Shown piece by piece: positions 30,094 to 40,091 of a stretch of 64,000 nt of DNA. The stretch's first letter is position 1. Every line of letters begins with the position of its first letter. This DNA comes from Actinomycetota bacterium. Lineage in GTDB: Bacteria > Actinomycetota > Acidimicrobiia > Acidimicrobiales > Microtrichaceae. The position numbers were made by a program, and so were the translations under genes. The notes beneath the pieces were generated by a model. The model saw only the letters and a program-made list of their open reading frames with translations, made no database searches and was not told the DNA's origin. The DNA is taken from assembly GCA_044508215.1 (NCBI GenBank), contig JBIQID010000003.1:10000-73999 (forward strand), read 5' to 3'.

Positions 30094-30951
30094 TCAGGTC
30101 TGTTCGGACGGCAGCGGACCGAACCGGTAGCTCGCCGAGGTGAGCGACCCCATGAAGTCGTCCTCGAAGTAGGTGCGGACGCCCGCCTCGTCCTCCGCTG
30201 CTCCGACGGCGACCATCAGCGGGATCAGGTGGTCCTCCGCTGGGTGGCTCGCTCGGGCGCTGGGCGCGTCCTCCCAGCGGCGCAGCAGCCTGCTCCGCTC
30301 GGCCGGCGTCGCCTCCACCAGCGCCTCGGTCAGCCACGCCTCGAACTCGGCCGACGCGCGGGCGCCGCCCGGGCCGAAGTCGCGGAGGTTGTGGTAGGTG
30401 AAGCCGCTGCCGACGATCAGCACGCCCTCGTCCCGGAGCGGGGCGAGCGCTCGGCCGGCAGCAAGGTGCTCCTCGGGGTCGTACCCCTTCTTGAGCGACA
30501 GCTGGAGGATCGGCACGTCGGCGTCCGGATAGGCGACGTAGAAGGGTGCGAACACCCCGTGGTCGAACCCGCGCTGGTCGTCCTCGCGAACGGGGATGCC
30601 GGCACCGGTCAGCAGCTCGACGACCCTCGCGGCGACCTCGGGGGAGCCGGGCGCCGGGTACTGGATCCGGTACGTGAACTCGGGGAAGCCGCCGTAGTCG
30701 TAGTACATCGGCGGGTTCGGGTGCGTCTGGACGGTGAGCTCGGGCTCCTCCCAGTGGCCCGACACGGCGAGGATCGCCCGGGGCGTGACGCCGAGCCGGC
30801 GCGGGATGTCCTCGAGCGAGGCGGTGAGCTTGGACCAGTCGCCCGGCATCTGGTCGACGATCCACGGCCAGGGGCCGCCGCCGTGGGAGATGAAGTACGT
30901 GGGGAGGCGGGCGCCGGTGGCGCCGCGCTGGTCGGGCTCCTGATCGTCCAT
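30094..30951 (-). CDS. Class III extradiol dioxygenase (LigB/YgiD, 4,5-DOPA-dioxygenase-like)
   Basis: ATG 30951, 285 aa. Motifs: [32 protein letters not shown]. Confidence 0.85.
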   Translation of the reverse strand: MDDQEPDQRGATGARLPTYFISHGGGPWPWIVDQMPGDWSKLTASLEDIPRRLGVTPRAILAVSGHWEEPELTVQTHPNPPMYYDYGGFPEFTYRIQYPAPGSPEVAARVVELLTGAGIPVREDDQRGFDHGVFAPFYVAYPDADVPILQLSLKKGYDPEEHLAAGRALAPLRDEGVLIVGSGFTYHNLRDFGPGGARASAEFEAWLTEALVEATPAERSRLLRRWEDAPSARASHPAEDHLIPLMVAVGAAEDEAGVRTYFEDDFMGSLTSASYRFGPLPSEQT

Positions 30952-31111
30952 GGCGGGGACAACAGCCCGCGCAGTGGAACTGTTCCGTGCCGTCGGGCCC
31001 ACGAGCCGGTGGCCTGCGAACGCCCGGGGTGAGAGGGTAGGACGCGAACGACGGCTCACCCGGGGGCGGTGGGCTGGCCTCGACGCCGAGGCCCGATCAG
31101 GAGGTGGTCCG

Positions 31112-32611
31112 TTGTCAGACCCGAAGGCTTCGCCGCAGGACGGCTCCACGACCGGATGGGGAGCGCCGGCGCCCAGCGACCGCAGCTCCCTCACCGTCGG
31201 CACCGACGGCCCGGTCCTCCTCCACGACGTGCACTTCCTCGAGCAGATGGCGCACTTCAACCGCGAGAAGGTCCCGGAGCGCCAGCCTCACGCGAAGGGC
31301 GCCGGCGCCTTCGGTGTGTTCGAGACCACCGAGGACGTCTCGAAGTACACGAAGGCGGCCCTGTTCCAGCCGGGCGCCGCGACCGACCTGCTGATCCGCT
31401 TCTCGACGGTCGCCGGCGAGATGGGCAGCCCCGACACGTGGCGCGACGTCCGAGGCTTCTCGCTGAAGTTCTACACGTCGGAGGGGAACTACGACCTCGT
31501 GGGCAACAACACGCCCATCTTCTTCGTGCGCGACCCGATGAAGTTCCCCCACTTCATCCGCAGCCAGAAGCGGCTGCCCGACTCGGGCCTCCGCGACAAC
31601 CACATGCAGTGGGACTTCTGGACGTTGAACCCCGAGTCGGCGCACCAGGTCACCTACCTGATGGGCGACAGGGGCCTGCCCCGCACGTGGCGGCACATGA
31701 ACGGCTACGGGTCGCACACGTTCATGTGGGTGAACGCGGCCGGGGAGCGGTTCTGGGTGAAGTACCACTTCAAGACCGATCAGGGCTGGCAGACCTTCAC
31801 GAACGAAGAGGCGATGGCGATGGCCGGCATGGACGCCGACTACCACCGCCGTGACCTCTTCGAGGCGATCGAGGGCGGGGAGCACCCCACCTGGACGCTC
31901 CAGGTGCAGGTGATGCCGTACGAGGAGGCCCGCACCTATCGCATCAACCCGTTCGACCTCACCAAGGTCTGGCCGCACTCGGACTTCCCGTTGATCCCGG
32001 TCGGCAAGATGACGCTGAACCGGAACCCGGAGAACTTCTTCGCCGAGATCGAGCAGGCGGCCTTCTCGCCGGGGAACACCGTGCCGGGGATCGGCCTGTC
32101 GCCCGACAAGATGCTCCTCGGGCGGGCGTTCGCCTACAACGACGCCCAGCGGAACCGGATCGGGGCGAACTTCCACCAGCTGCCGGTGAACAAGCCGCGG
32201 GTCCCGGTGAACACCTACATGTTCGACGGGCACATGACCTACGACCACTCGGGTGCAGCGCCGGTCTACGCGCCGAACTCGGAGGGCCGCGGCTGGACGG
32301 ACGGCCCGGCGCAGCCGGAGGAGTCGTGGGCGGTCGACGGCGAGATGGCTCGCTCCGCCTACACGCTCCGCGCTGACGACGACGACTTCTCCCAGCCCGG
32401 GTCGTTGGTGCGGGACGTGATGGACGACGCGCAGCGGGATCGCCTCGTCGAGACGGTCGCAGGCAGCCTCCTGGGCGGCGTCCGCGGCGACGTGCTCACC
32501 CGGGCGTTCGACTACTGGAAGAGCATCGACCCGGACGTGGGCAAGCGCATCGAGGTGAAGGTGAAGGAGGGTGCCGCGCCGCAACCGGCATCCGGAATGA
32601 GCGAGGCCTGA
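31112..32611 (+). CDS. katA: Monofunctional heme catalase
   Basis: [20 protein letters not shown] (distal His region), RLPDSG..., [10 protein letters not shown] (proximal Tyr region). The only in-frame start near the AGGAGG at 31099-31104 is TTG 31112, giving 499 aa. Confidence 0.9.
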   Translation: MSDPKASPQDGSTTGWGAPAPSDRSSLTVGTDGPVLLHDVHFLEQMAHFNREKVPERQPHAKGAGAFGVFETTEDVSKYTKAALFQPGAATDLLIRFSTVAGEMGSPDTWRDVRGFSLKFYTSEGNYDLVGNNTPIFFVRDPMKFPHFIRSQKRLPDSGLRDNHMQWDFWTLNPESAHQVTYLMGDRGLPRTWRHMNGYGSHTFMWVNAAGERFWVKYHFKTDQGWQTFTNEEAMAMAGMDADYHRRDLFEAIEGGEHPTWTLQVQVMPYEEARTYRINPFDLTKVWPHSDFPLIPVGKMTLNRNPENFFAEIEQAAFSPGNTVPGIGLSPDKMLLGRAFAYNDAQRNRIGANFHQLPVNKPRVPVNTYMFDGHMTYDHSGAAPVYAPNSEGRGWTDGPAQPEESWAVDGEMARSAYTLRADDDDFSQPGSLVRDVMDDAQRDRLVETVAGSLLGGVRGDVLTRAFDYWKSIDPDVGKRIEVKVKEGAAPQPASGMSEA

Positions 32612-32759
32612 CCGACGTCCGTCGAGCTCTGCGCGTCCCTGCGCGCTCAGCAGCTGCCAGCGCGCGGATCGCCGCTGACGGCGGGGCACCTCGCGGCGCC
32701 GTCGTAAGGTCGGCGCGTCCGGGCGTCACAGGTGGCGCGTCCGGCAGGGAGGATCGACC

Positions 32760-33596
32760 GTGAACGACGTGATCGTGGTGGGGATCGACGGATCCACCAA
32801 CTCGCAGCAGGCGCTCCGCTGGGCCGTCCGCCGCGCCCAGCGGACGGGAGCCACGGTCCGGGCGCTCATGACCTGGCACTACCCGTCGCTCTACATGGTG
32901 CCGCTCATCGGCCAGCCGGTCCCCCCGGCCGAGTCGATGGAGGAGGCGACGGCCGAGGCGCTCGCCGCCGTGGTGGATCCTGTGGCGGCGGCGACCGACG
33001 TCACCATCGAGCAGGTGGTCCGTCAGGGCGCACCCGCAGCGGCGCTCCTCGCGGAGTGCGACGCCAGCGCGCTGATCGTGATGGGCCGCCAGTCGGACGA
33101 CGACGGGCTGCTGCGCGGGTCGGTCAGCCGGCGGGTGTCGGGAGCGGCGGAGTGCCCGGTGGCGATCGTGCCGGAAGGGGCCGACGTCGACGAGGACCGG
33201 CCCGTGGTCGTCGGCGTCGACGGCTCCGACAACTCGATCGAGGCCCTGCGGTGGGCGGCGTCGATCACCGACGGGCCGCTGCACGTGCTCCACGTGATCG
33301 ACCCGGCGCAGAACTGGGGCCCCGGCGACGTCGACGACGACATCATCGAGCGGATGGGCCGAGCGCTGGTCGACGGCGCGCTCGAGGAGGCCGGCGTGGA
33401 TCCCTCACGGGCGACCGTGCAGGTGGAGTTCGGCGACGTCCGGGTGACGCTCACGCAACCCGACCTCGACGCCTCGATGATCGTGATCGGGGCCAAGGGC
33501 GTGGGCGGCCTCGCCGGCTGGCTCGGTTCGGTGGCGACGGCGGTGTCCACCGCTGCCGCGGTGCCGGTCGTGCTGGTCCCCGAAGAGGACGACTGA
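32760..33596 (+). CDS. Universal stress protein (tandem UspA domains)
   Basis: GTG 32760 follows a GGGAGGA RBS. Two repeats of VVVGIDGS...ALRWA...GS(V/L) ...CPV(A/V)(I/L)VP. Confidence 0.9.
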   Translation: MNDVIVVGIDGSTNSQQALRWAVRRAQRTGATVRALMTWHYPSLYMVPLIGQPVPPAESMEEATAEALAAVVDPVAAATDVTIEQVVRQGAPAAALLAECDASALIVMGRQSDDDGLLRGSVSRRVSGAAECPVAIVPEGADVDEDRPVVVGVDGSDNSIEALRWAASITDGPLHVLHVIDPAQNWGPGDVDDDIIERMGRALVDGALEEAGVDPSRATVQVEFGDVRVTLTQPDLDASMIVIGAKGVGGLAGWLGSVATAVSTAAAVPVVLVPEEDD

Positions 33597-33612
33597 CGCA
33601 CGTCCGGTCGGG

Positions 33613-34023
33613 TCAGTCGTCGCCGCTCGCCGTCGCTGCGATGTAGGCACCCAGCACGTCGCGGATCGACACGATCCCCAAGAGGTTGCCGGGTCGACCG
33701 ATGAACACGTGTCGGATCCAGCGCTCCATCATCTCCTCGGCCACGTGGGCGACGGATGCGTCGGGATCGGTCCACACCAGGTCGATCTGCACGATCTCGC
33801 TCGCGGGCGTCGACGGGTCACGACCTGATGCGACCGCTCGCACCACGTCGCGCTCGGTGAGCACGCCGACCAGTTCGTCGCCGCTCCCCACGCCGACCGC
33901 GCCGATGGCGTCGTCGGCCATGCGGTCGGCCACCTCCCGCAGGGTGGCGGTGGGGGCCACGAGGATCACCTCGTCGCCCACGAGCGAGGAGATCGCCATC
34001 TCGTCCGGATCGAAGGCTGCCAT
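33613..34023 (-). CDS. CBS-domain pair protein
   Basis: ORF track 136 aa. GVLTERDVVRAV and LGIVSIRDVL are CBS signatures. Confidence 0.85.
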   Translation of the reverse strand: MAAFDPDEMAISSLVGDEVILVAPTATLREVADRMADDAIGAVGVGSGDELVGVLTERDVVRAVASGRDPSTPASEIVQIDLVWTDPDASVAHVAEEMMERWIRHVFIGRPGNLLGIVSIRDVLGAYIAATASGDD

Positions 34024-34065
34024 CGCGTGATCATGTCACCTGGGCACCGCCGTCCGCTCGGGGCG

Positions 34066-35796
34066 TCAGGCGGCGCCCTCCACCACGGGGTGCGAGGCGG
34101 CGCGGCCTGCGAGGCGCCGGGCGTGCGCCACGGCGTCCTCCAACCGCTCGAAGACGTGGGCGGGATCGGAGAGCCGGTCGAGCGCGCCGACGGCGTCGAG
34201 GACCGCCCGGTGCTCTGGGCGCACGCCCTTCAGCAGGACGGTGATGCCTCGTGACTCGAGCTCGCCGACGATCTCGCCCAGGGCCTGCGCTCCGGTGGCA
34301 TCCAGCATCAGCAGGCGGGGGAGGCGCAGGATGACGACCTCGACCTCGTCGACCGAGGTGAGCTCGTCGAGGAACCGCTGCGCCGCTCCGAAGAAGAGGG
34401 CGCCGTCGAGCCGGTAGGTGACGATGCGCTCTTCGAGCAGCGCCGCCGCCTGCCGAGCGTCCACCGCCTCGTCGTCGAGGTCATCGACGGGGACGAGCGA
34501 CCCGCCGAGGGCGTCGAGCGGCAGGCGCTCCTCCGTGGCCCCGGTGGAGCGGGCGAGCGCACGCAGGGCGAGCAGCGCGGCCACGGCTATGCCGATCTCC
34601 ACGGCGACGATCAGGTCGAAGACGATCGTGGCGACAGCCGTGAGCACGAGCACCACCGCGTCGGATCGGGTGGAGCGGAGCACCGCTCGCACGTTGCGGG
34701 CCTCGACCATCCGGATGGCGGTGACCATGAGCACTCCGGCGAGCGCGGCGAGCGGGATCTCGGCCACGATCGAGCCCGCGAAGTAGACGACGAGCACGAG
34801 CACGAGCGAGTGGACGATCGCAGCGACCCGGGTGCGGGCTCCGGCCCGGACGTTCACGGCGGTCCGAGCGATGGCCCCGGTGGCGGGCATGCCACCGAAC
34901 AACGGCGACGCGAGGTTGGCGAGGCCCTGGCCGAAGAGCTCGCGGTCCGGGTCGTGGCGCCCGCGGTCGGTCATCCCGTCGGCGACCCGGGCGGACAGGA
35001 GGCTCTCGAGCGCGGCGAGCAGCGCGACCGCGACGGCAGCCGACGCCAGCTCGCGGACGCGGAACGCCGACGGGTCCGGCAGGGAGGGGAGGGGGAGGGA
35101 GTTGGGCAGCTGGCCGATCCGTGCCACGTCGAGGGAAGCGGCGCTCGAGACGACCGTGGCGACGGTGACGGCGATGAGCGAGCTGGGCAACGCCGGGTGG
35201 AGCCGCGGTGCCAGGGCCATCACGGCGGCGACGAGGAGCACCAGGGCGAGCGCCTGCAGGCTGCCGGACCCGACGGCGTCACGGACCGCCCGTCCGGCGA
35301 CGAGCGCGGTGTTGTCCCCCTCGGGCTTCACCACGCCGAGGGCTGCGGGCACCTGCTGCAGGAAGATGATCACGGCGATGCCGACGGTGAACCCCTCGAC
35401 GACCGGCCACGGGACGTAGGCGAGGAAGCGGCCGAGCCGCACGAACGACGCCAGCACGATGAGCGCCCCGGCGATGAGGCCGACGACCGCAACGGCGTCG
35501 ACACCGAACCTGTTCACCACCGGCACGAGGACCACCGTCATGGCGCCGGTGGGTCCCGACACCTGCACGTTCGAGCCGCCGAACACCGCAGCGACGAGGC
35601 CGGCCACGATGGCGGTCATGAGTCCGGCGGAGGCACCGATGCCCGTGGTCACCCCGAAGGCGAGCGCCAGGGGCAGCGCGACCACGCCCACGGTGACGCC
35701 CGCGATCAGATCAGCGCGCCACCCCGAGCCGAAGCTGGCGTAGTCGGCGCGGGAGGGGAGGAGGGCCGCGAACCGGCCCTCGACACGGCGCCTCAT
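34066..35796 (-). CDS. SulP-family anion transporter with C-terminal STAS domain
   Basis: ORF track 576 aa. Motifs: GVVALPLALAFG, NVQVSGPTGAM. STAS-like tail VVILRLPRLLMLDATGAQAL. Confidence 0.9.
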   Translation of the reverse strand: MRRRVEGRFAALLPSRADYASFGSGWRADLIAGVTVGVVALPLALAFGVTTGIGASAGLMTAIVAGLVAAVFGGSNVQVSGPTGAMTVVLVPVVNRFGVDAVAVVGLIAGALIVLASFVRLGRFLAYVPWPVVEGFTVGIAVIIFLQQVPAALGVVKPEGDNTALVAGRAVRDAVGSGSLQALALVLLVAAVMALAPRLHPALPSSLIAVTVATVVSSAASLDVARIGQLPNSLPLPSLPDPSAFRVRELASAAVAVALLAALESLLSARVADGMTDRGRHDPDRELFGQGLANLASPLFGGMPATGAIARTAVNVRAGARTRVAAIVHSLVLVLVVYFAGSIVAEIPLAALAGVLMVTAIRMVEARNVRAVLRSTRSDAVVLVLTAVATIVFDLIVAVEIGIAVAALLALRALARSTGATEERLPLDALGGSLVPVDDLDDEAVDARQAAALLEERIVTYRLDGALFFGAAQRFLDELTSVDEVEVVILRLPRLLMLDATGAQALGEIVGELESRGITVLLKGVRPEHRAVLDAVGALDRLSDPAHVFERLEDAVAHARRLAGRAASHPVVEGAA

Positions 35797-36155
35797 CGCG
35801 ACGTCTCGGTGCGCAGCCCATCGAGCAGCTCCTGCGTCTCGCTGAGCGAGCTGATCAACAGGCGCTTGGCAGCGGCGAGCAGCTCGACGATCCCGTCGTC
35901 GCGGACCGCGTAGAAGACGGTCGATCCCTCCTTGCGGCTGGTCACGAGGGCTGCGCGGCGGAGGACGGCGAGCTGCTGGGAGAGGTGCGACTGCTCGAGC
36001 CCCACGATCTGGGCGAGGTCGCCCACCGATTGCTCGGCGTCGGACAGGACCTCGAGGACACGCACGCGGGCGGGGTGCGACAGGGCGCGGAACAGCTCGG
36101 CCTTGATCACCGAGAGCGGGCGCTCGATGTCGGGGTCGTTCGTTGGGGACGGCAT
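35793..36155 (-). CDS. ArsR/SmtB-family transcriptional regulator
   Basis: ELFRALSHPARVRVLEVL...SVGDLAQIVGLEQSHLSQQLAVLRRAALV. Its stop overlaps the sulP start (ATGA). Confidence 0.9.
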   Translation of the reverse strand: MPSPTNDPDIERPLSVIKAELFRALSHPARVRVLEVLSDAEQSVGDLAQIVGLEQSHLSQQLAVLRRAALVTSRKEGSTVFYAVRDDGIVELLAAAKRLLISSLSETQELLDGLRTETSR

Positions 36156-36164
36156 GGTGACCCC

Positions 36165-36197
36165 ATCATATCGCGATATGACAGAAATGTCATATCG
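36165..36197 (-). promoter_or_regulatory. arsR-sulP promoter (-35 ATGACA, 17-bp spacer, -10 TATGAT) overlaid by nested palindromic operator
   Basis: Read on the minus strand, the -35 is at 36193-36188 and the -10 at 36170-36165, 9 nt before ATG 36155. Palindromes: TCATATCG/CGATATGA (36166-36181) and CGATATGACA-GAAA-TGTCATATCG (36174-36197). Both are flanked by GGTGACC at 36156 and 36207. Confidence 0.6.
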
Positions 36198-36214
36198 TCA
36201 GAAAGGGGTGACCT

Positions 36215-36236
36215 GGGAGTGGTGCTCACCACTCCC
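36215..36236 (-). terminator. Stem-loop terminator after the SPFH gene
   Basis: GGGAGTGGTG-CT-CACCACTCCC, a perfect 10-bp inverted repeat 14 nt downstream of the stop at 36250. A short TTTC follows on the minus strand. Confidence 0.55.
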
Positions 36237-36249
36237 GCGTGTGGGTCGC

Positions 36250-37413
36250 TCAGCCCGCGGTGCCGGGAGGCGGCGGCTGCACGGTCTGCCACCCCTCGCC
36301 CTGCCCAGGAGGAGGCGTGGCAGCGCCGGGGTACGAGACCGGAGGCGGCGGAGCCGGGGCCGGCGCGCCCGGTGCGCCCGGCGCGGCCGGCGGCCTCGGC
36401 GGGCGAGGCGGTGCTGCGGGAGGTTCCGGGCGTTCGTCACCCTCGCCCCGGGGCCGGCTCGGCGCGCCCGCACCGGGGCCTTCGCGGAACAGCTCTGCGA
36501 CGCCGGCGAGGGTGCCGTAGAGGCCTCCCGTGTCGAGCGGCAGGAAGATCTTCGTGGCCTGCCCATCCGCGATCGCGCTCAACGTGTCGAGGTACTTCAC
36601 GGCCAGCAGGTCGTTCGTGGGATCGCCGCGGTGGATCGAGTCGTAGACCATCTCGATGGCCCGCGCCTCGCCCGCTGCGGTGATCTCCTGGCGGTAGCGC
36701 TCGGCGTCGGCCAGGTCCCGGGCGGCCTGCGCCTGGCCTTCGGCCTCGAGGATCTGGCGCTGGCGTACACCCTCGGCGGCGAGGATGGCGGCCTGCTTCT
36801 GGCCCTCGGCCGAGAGGATCGCCGCCTCCCTGATGCCGTCGGCGGTCAGCACCTGCGCACGGCGGTTCCGCTCCGCCTTCATCTGCTCGTGCATCGCGTT
36901 CATCACGTCCGGCGGCGGGTCGATCCGCTGGATCTCCACCCGCATCACCCGGACGCCCCACTTGTCGGTGGCGTCGTCGAGGATCTGCCGCAGCGTCATG
37001 TTGAGCTGGTCGCGGCTGGTCAGCGCCTCGTCGAGGCTGAGGTCGCCGATCACGTTCCGGAGGTTGGTCTGCGCCAGCTTCGTGATCGCCATGAAGAAGT
37101 TGGCGACGTTGTACATGAGCCGCTGCGGATCGGTGGGCTCGTAGAAGATCACCGCGTCGACCGAGACCACCACGTTGTCCTTGGTGATGACCTCCTGCGG
37201 CGGCACGTCCACCACCTGTTCGCGCATGTCGATCGTCTGCAGCGACTGCACGAACGGGATGATGATGTGGAGCCCCGGGTTCATGGTCTCCTTGTACTTG
37301 CCGAGCTGCTCGACGATGCCCTGCTGGTAGGGGCGGACGATCCGCACGCCGGACAGCGCGACGATGAAGAGCAGCACCGCGAGGATGACGAGGACGGCGA
37401 TGCCGACGGTCAC
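36250..37413 (-). CDS. SPFH/band-7 (stomatin-like) protein with Pro-rich disordered C-terminal tail
   Basis: ORF track 387 aa. N-terminal TM helix, then [18 protein letters not shown]...TKDNV...AEG repeats. The tail is [28 protein letters not shown]. Confidence 0.9.
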   Translation of the reverse strand: MTVGIAVLVILAVLLFIVALSGVRIVRPYQQGIVEQLGKYKETMNPGLHIIIPFVQSLQTIDMREQVVDVPPQEVITKDNVVVSVDAVIFYEPTDPQRLMYNVANFFMAITKLAQTNLRNVIGDLSLDEALTSRDQLNMTLRQILDDATDKWGVRVMRVEIQRIDPPPDVMNAMHEQMKAERNRRAQVLTADGIREAAILSAEGQKQAAILAAEGVRQRQILEAEGQAQAARDLADAERYRQEITAAGEARAIEMVYDSIHRGDPTNDLLAVKYLDTLSAIADGQATKIFLPLDTGGLYGTLAGVAELFREGPGAGAPSRPRGEGDERPEPPAAPPRPPRPPAAPGAPGAPAPAPPPPVSYPGAATPPPGQGEGWQTVQPPPPGTAG

Positions 37414-37958
37414 TGGAGGGGTCCTTCCTGGTCGGTGTCGGCCGGGCGGCCGGTCATCGGTGGGCCCGCCAGCGGCGGACCGGTGAGTGGGCTGCCGTGC
37501 GGCGTCCCGGTCTGGTCGGCTGCGGCCGTCACGATGACGCGCGTCCCCCGCACCTCGACGACGGTCACCTGGGTGCCGGCGGGGATCGTGCCGCCGTCCG
37601 CCGACTCGGCCTTCCAGTCCTCGGTGTCGACCCGGACCAGGCCGTGCTCGATCGGGCCGATCGGCTCGAGCACCACCCCCCGGAGCCGGATCAGGCGGTT
37701 GGCACCCACCCCGGGCGGGTCGTCGGCTTCGTTGAGGCGACGGGCGATCGGCCGCAGCGCAGCGAAGAACACCGCCGACGCCACGAGGAACGCTGCCATC
37801 TGGAGCAGGAAGTGGCCGCCGAGGAACGCGACGAGCGCGGCGACGCCGGCCCCCAGCCCGAACGGGAGGAGGAAGAAGCCGGGGACGACGATCTCAGCCG
37901 CGGAGAGGACGACCCCGAGCGCCACCCACGTGATCCTGATGATGTCGTCCGAGTCCAT
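37410..37958 (-). CDS. NfeD-family membrane protein
   Basis: ATG 37958, 182 aa. Three TM helices, then an OB-like segment [42 protein letters not shown] overlap with the SPFH gene. Confidence 0.85.
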   Translation of the reverse strand: MDSDDIIRITWVALGVVLSAAEIVVPGFFLLPFGLGAGVAALVAFLGGHFLLQMAAFLVASAVFFAALRPIARRLNEADDPPGVGANRLIRLRGVVLEPIGPIEHGLVRVDTEDWKAESADGGTIPAGTQVTVVEVRGTRVIVTAAADQTGTPHGSPLTGPPLAGPPMTGRPADTDQEGPLQ

Positions 37959-38072
37959 GGCACCTTTCCAGAGCTCCTCCTCACCGTAGCGACCTGGCTG
38001 CACCGCGGAGGGCTGCGGGGAGCGCTCTGGCAGGATGGCCGGATCGAACCGACCTCGACCGAGGAGCACCCC

Positions 38073-39497
38073 ATGGACCGCGGCGCCATCTACATCGACG
38101 GGCACTGGGTGCCGTCGTCCGGCACGGACACGATCGACGTCCACGACTCCACGAACGGCGCGGTGATGGGCACCATCCCGGCCGGGACGGCCGCCGACGT
38201 GGACGCCGCTGCACGGGCTGCCGCTGCCGCGTTCCCGGCCTGGTCGGCGACCAGCCCGGCCGAGCGGGCCAAGTTCTGCCAGCGGATCTCGGAGGGCCTC
38301 GAGGCCCGGGCTGACGAGCTGGCCGACATCATCACCCGCGAGTCGGGGATGCCCCGCAAGCTCAGTCGGCGCCTGCAGGTGGGCATGCCGGTGAGGTCGT
38401 TCGCAGCCGCCGGGCAGCTCGCCGAGTCCTACGAGCTCACCACCACGCTGGGGAACAGCCGGATCGTCCGGGAGCCGGTCGGCGTGGTCGGGTGCATCAC
38501 GCCGTGGAACTACCCGCTCCACCAGATCGCGGCGAAGGTCGCCTATGCGATGGCTGCCGGCTGCACCGTGGTGCTCAAGCCGAGCGAGGTCGCGCCGCTC
38601 GACGCGTTCGTGCTGGCCGAGGTGATCGACGAGGTGGGCCTGCCGCCGGGCGTCTTCAACCTGGTGTCGGGCACCGGTGCCGAGGTGGGCGAGGCGATCT
38701 CGCGGCACCCCCTCGTGGACATGGTCTCGTTCACGGGCTCGACCCGCGCCGGCAAGGCCGTCGCCCGGGCCGCCGCCGACACGTTGAAGCGCGTCGCCCT
38801 CGAGCTGGGCGGGAAGTCGGCGAACATCCTGCTCGACGACCTCGACGACGAAGCCTTCGAGAAGGCTGTCCGCGACGGGGTCGCCAAGTGCTACATCAAC
38901 CAGGGCCAGACCTGCACCGCGCTCACCCGCATGCTCGTGCCGAGCGATCGCCTGGCGGAGGCCGAGCAGATCGCTGCCGACGAGGTCGCTGCCCGGTACC
39001 AGCCGGGGGACCCGTTCGAGGACGGCGTGCGCCTCGGGCCGTTGTCCAGCGAGGCCCAGGTCGAGCGGGTGACCGGCTACATCCGCAAGGGCATCGAGGA
39101 GGGGGCACGCGTCGTGGTCGGGGGCCCGGAGCGCCCCGCCGGCCTCGACGGCTTCCACGTGCAGCCCACGGTGTTCTCCGACGTGCGCAACGACATGCTG
39201 ATCGCCCAGGAGGAGATCTTCGGGCCCGTGCTCTCGATCCTCCCCTACACGTCGGAGGACGAGGCGGTGGAGATCGCGAACGACTCGGACTACGGCCTCT
39301 CGGGCGGCGTGTGGTCCGCCGACCAGGATCGGGCGGCTGCCGTGGCGGGCCGCATCCGTACCGGCCAGATCGAGGTGAACGGCGGCCGCTTCAACCCCGA
39401 GGCGCCGTTCGGGGGCTACAAGCAGTCGGGCTACGGGCGGGAGTACGGCACCTTCGGCTTCGAGGAGTTCCTCGAGGTGAAGGCCATGCAGTTCTGA
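38073..39497 (+). CDS. NAD(P)-dependent aldehyde dehydrogenase
   Basis: ATG 38073 follows a GAGGAG RBS. Motifs: [35 protein letters not shown] (catalytic Cys), EEIFGPV. Confidence 0.95.
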   Translation: MDRGAIYIDGHWVPSSGTDTIDVHDSTNGAVMGTIPAGTAADVDAAARAAAAAFPAWSATSPAERAKFCQRISEGLEARADELADIITRESGMPRKLSRRLQVGMPVRSFAAAGQLAESYELTTTLGNSRIVREPVGVVGCITPWNYPLHQIAAKVAYAMAAGCTVVLKPSEVAPLDAFVLAEVIDEVGLPPGVFNLVSGTGAEVGEAISRHPLVDMVSFTGSTRAGKAVARAAADTLKRVALELGGKSANILLDDLDDEAFEKAVRDGVAKCYINQGQTCTALTRMLVPSDRLAEAEQIAADEVAARYQPGDPFEDGVRLGPLSSEAQVERVTGYIRKGIEEGARVVVGGPERPAGLDGFHVQPTVFSDVRNDMLIAQEEIFGPVLSILPYTSEDEAVEIANDSDYGLSGGVWSADQDRAAAVAGRIRTGQIEVNGGRFNPEAPFGGYKQSGYGREYGTFGFEEFLEVKAMQF

Positions 39498-39515
39498 CGC
39501 AGTCCCTTCCGGCGG

Positions 39516-40091
39516 TCAGCTCGCGTTCGCCGCGACGATGTCGGCGACGGGGCTGAGGAGCAGGGCATCGGGCATCCGGCGCACCAGCGCCGGCGGGCCT
39601 TCGAACTCGACCGAGCCGTCCCGCATCGCCGCGGAGAGCGGCACGCGACCCACCCACACCTGCTGCAACGCGGCCAGGTCGGCGTGCACGACGACGTCCA
39701 CGTCGAACTCCGGATCGGTCGTGCACAGCGACGGCCCGCCCGCGTCCTTCACCACCCAGAAGCGGCGAGGGTCGCCCCGGAAGGCGAACTGCAGGACGAT
39801 CCGGCGTGCGGGGAACTGGCCGAAGTCGATGCGGTCGTGCGCCCAGAACAGGAGCAGCTCGGCGTCGAGCTCGTCCTCACGTGGCTCGCCGAACTGCCAC
39901 TTCGCGCCCCACGCCGCCACGCCGAACACGATGCCGCGGAGGTCTTCACCCGCCTCGGTGAGGTGGTACTCGCCGTCGAGCCGCTCGACCACGCCCGCCA
40001 GCTCGAGCTGGCGGAGGCGCTTGGCGAGCAGCGTCCGTGACAGCCGTGGGTTGCCGCGCGCCAGGACAGGAGGTGCAGGGATGATGACCAC
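39516..40091 (-). CDS. HxlR-like wHTH plus SCP2-like C-terminal domain protein, lacking about 40 N-terminal residues (possible pseudogene)
   Basis: Begins inside the recognition-helix region ([22 protein letters not shown]...YHLTEAG). No upstream frame encodes the first helices, because that space is occupied by the divergent ACAD gene. Confidence 0.55.
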   Translation of the reverse strand: MVIIPAPPVLARGNPRLSRTLLAKRLRQLELAGVVERLDGEYHLTEAGEDLRGIVFGVAAWGAKWQFGEPREDELDAELLLFWAHDRIDFGQFPARRIVLQFAFRGDPRRFWVVKDAGGPSLCTTDPEFDVDVVVHADLAALQQVWVGRVPLSAAMRDGSVEFEGPPALVRRMPDALLLSPVADIVAANAS

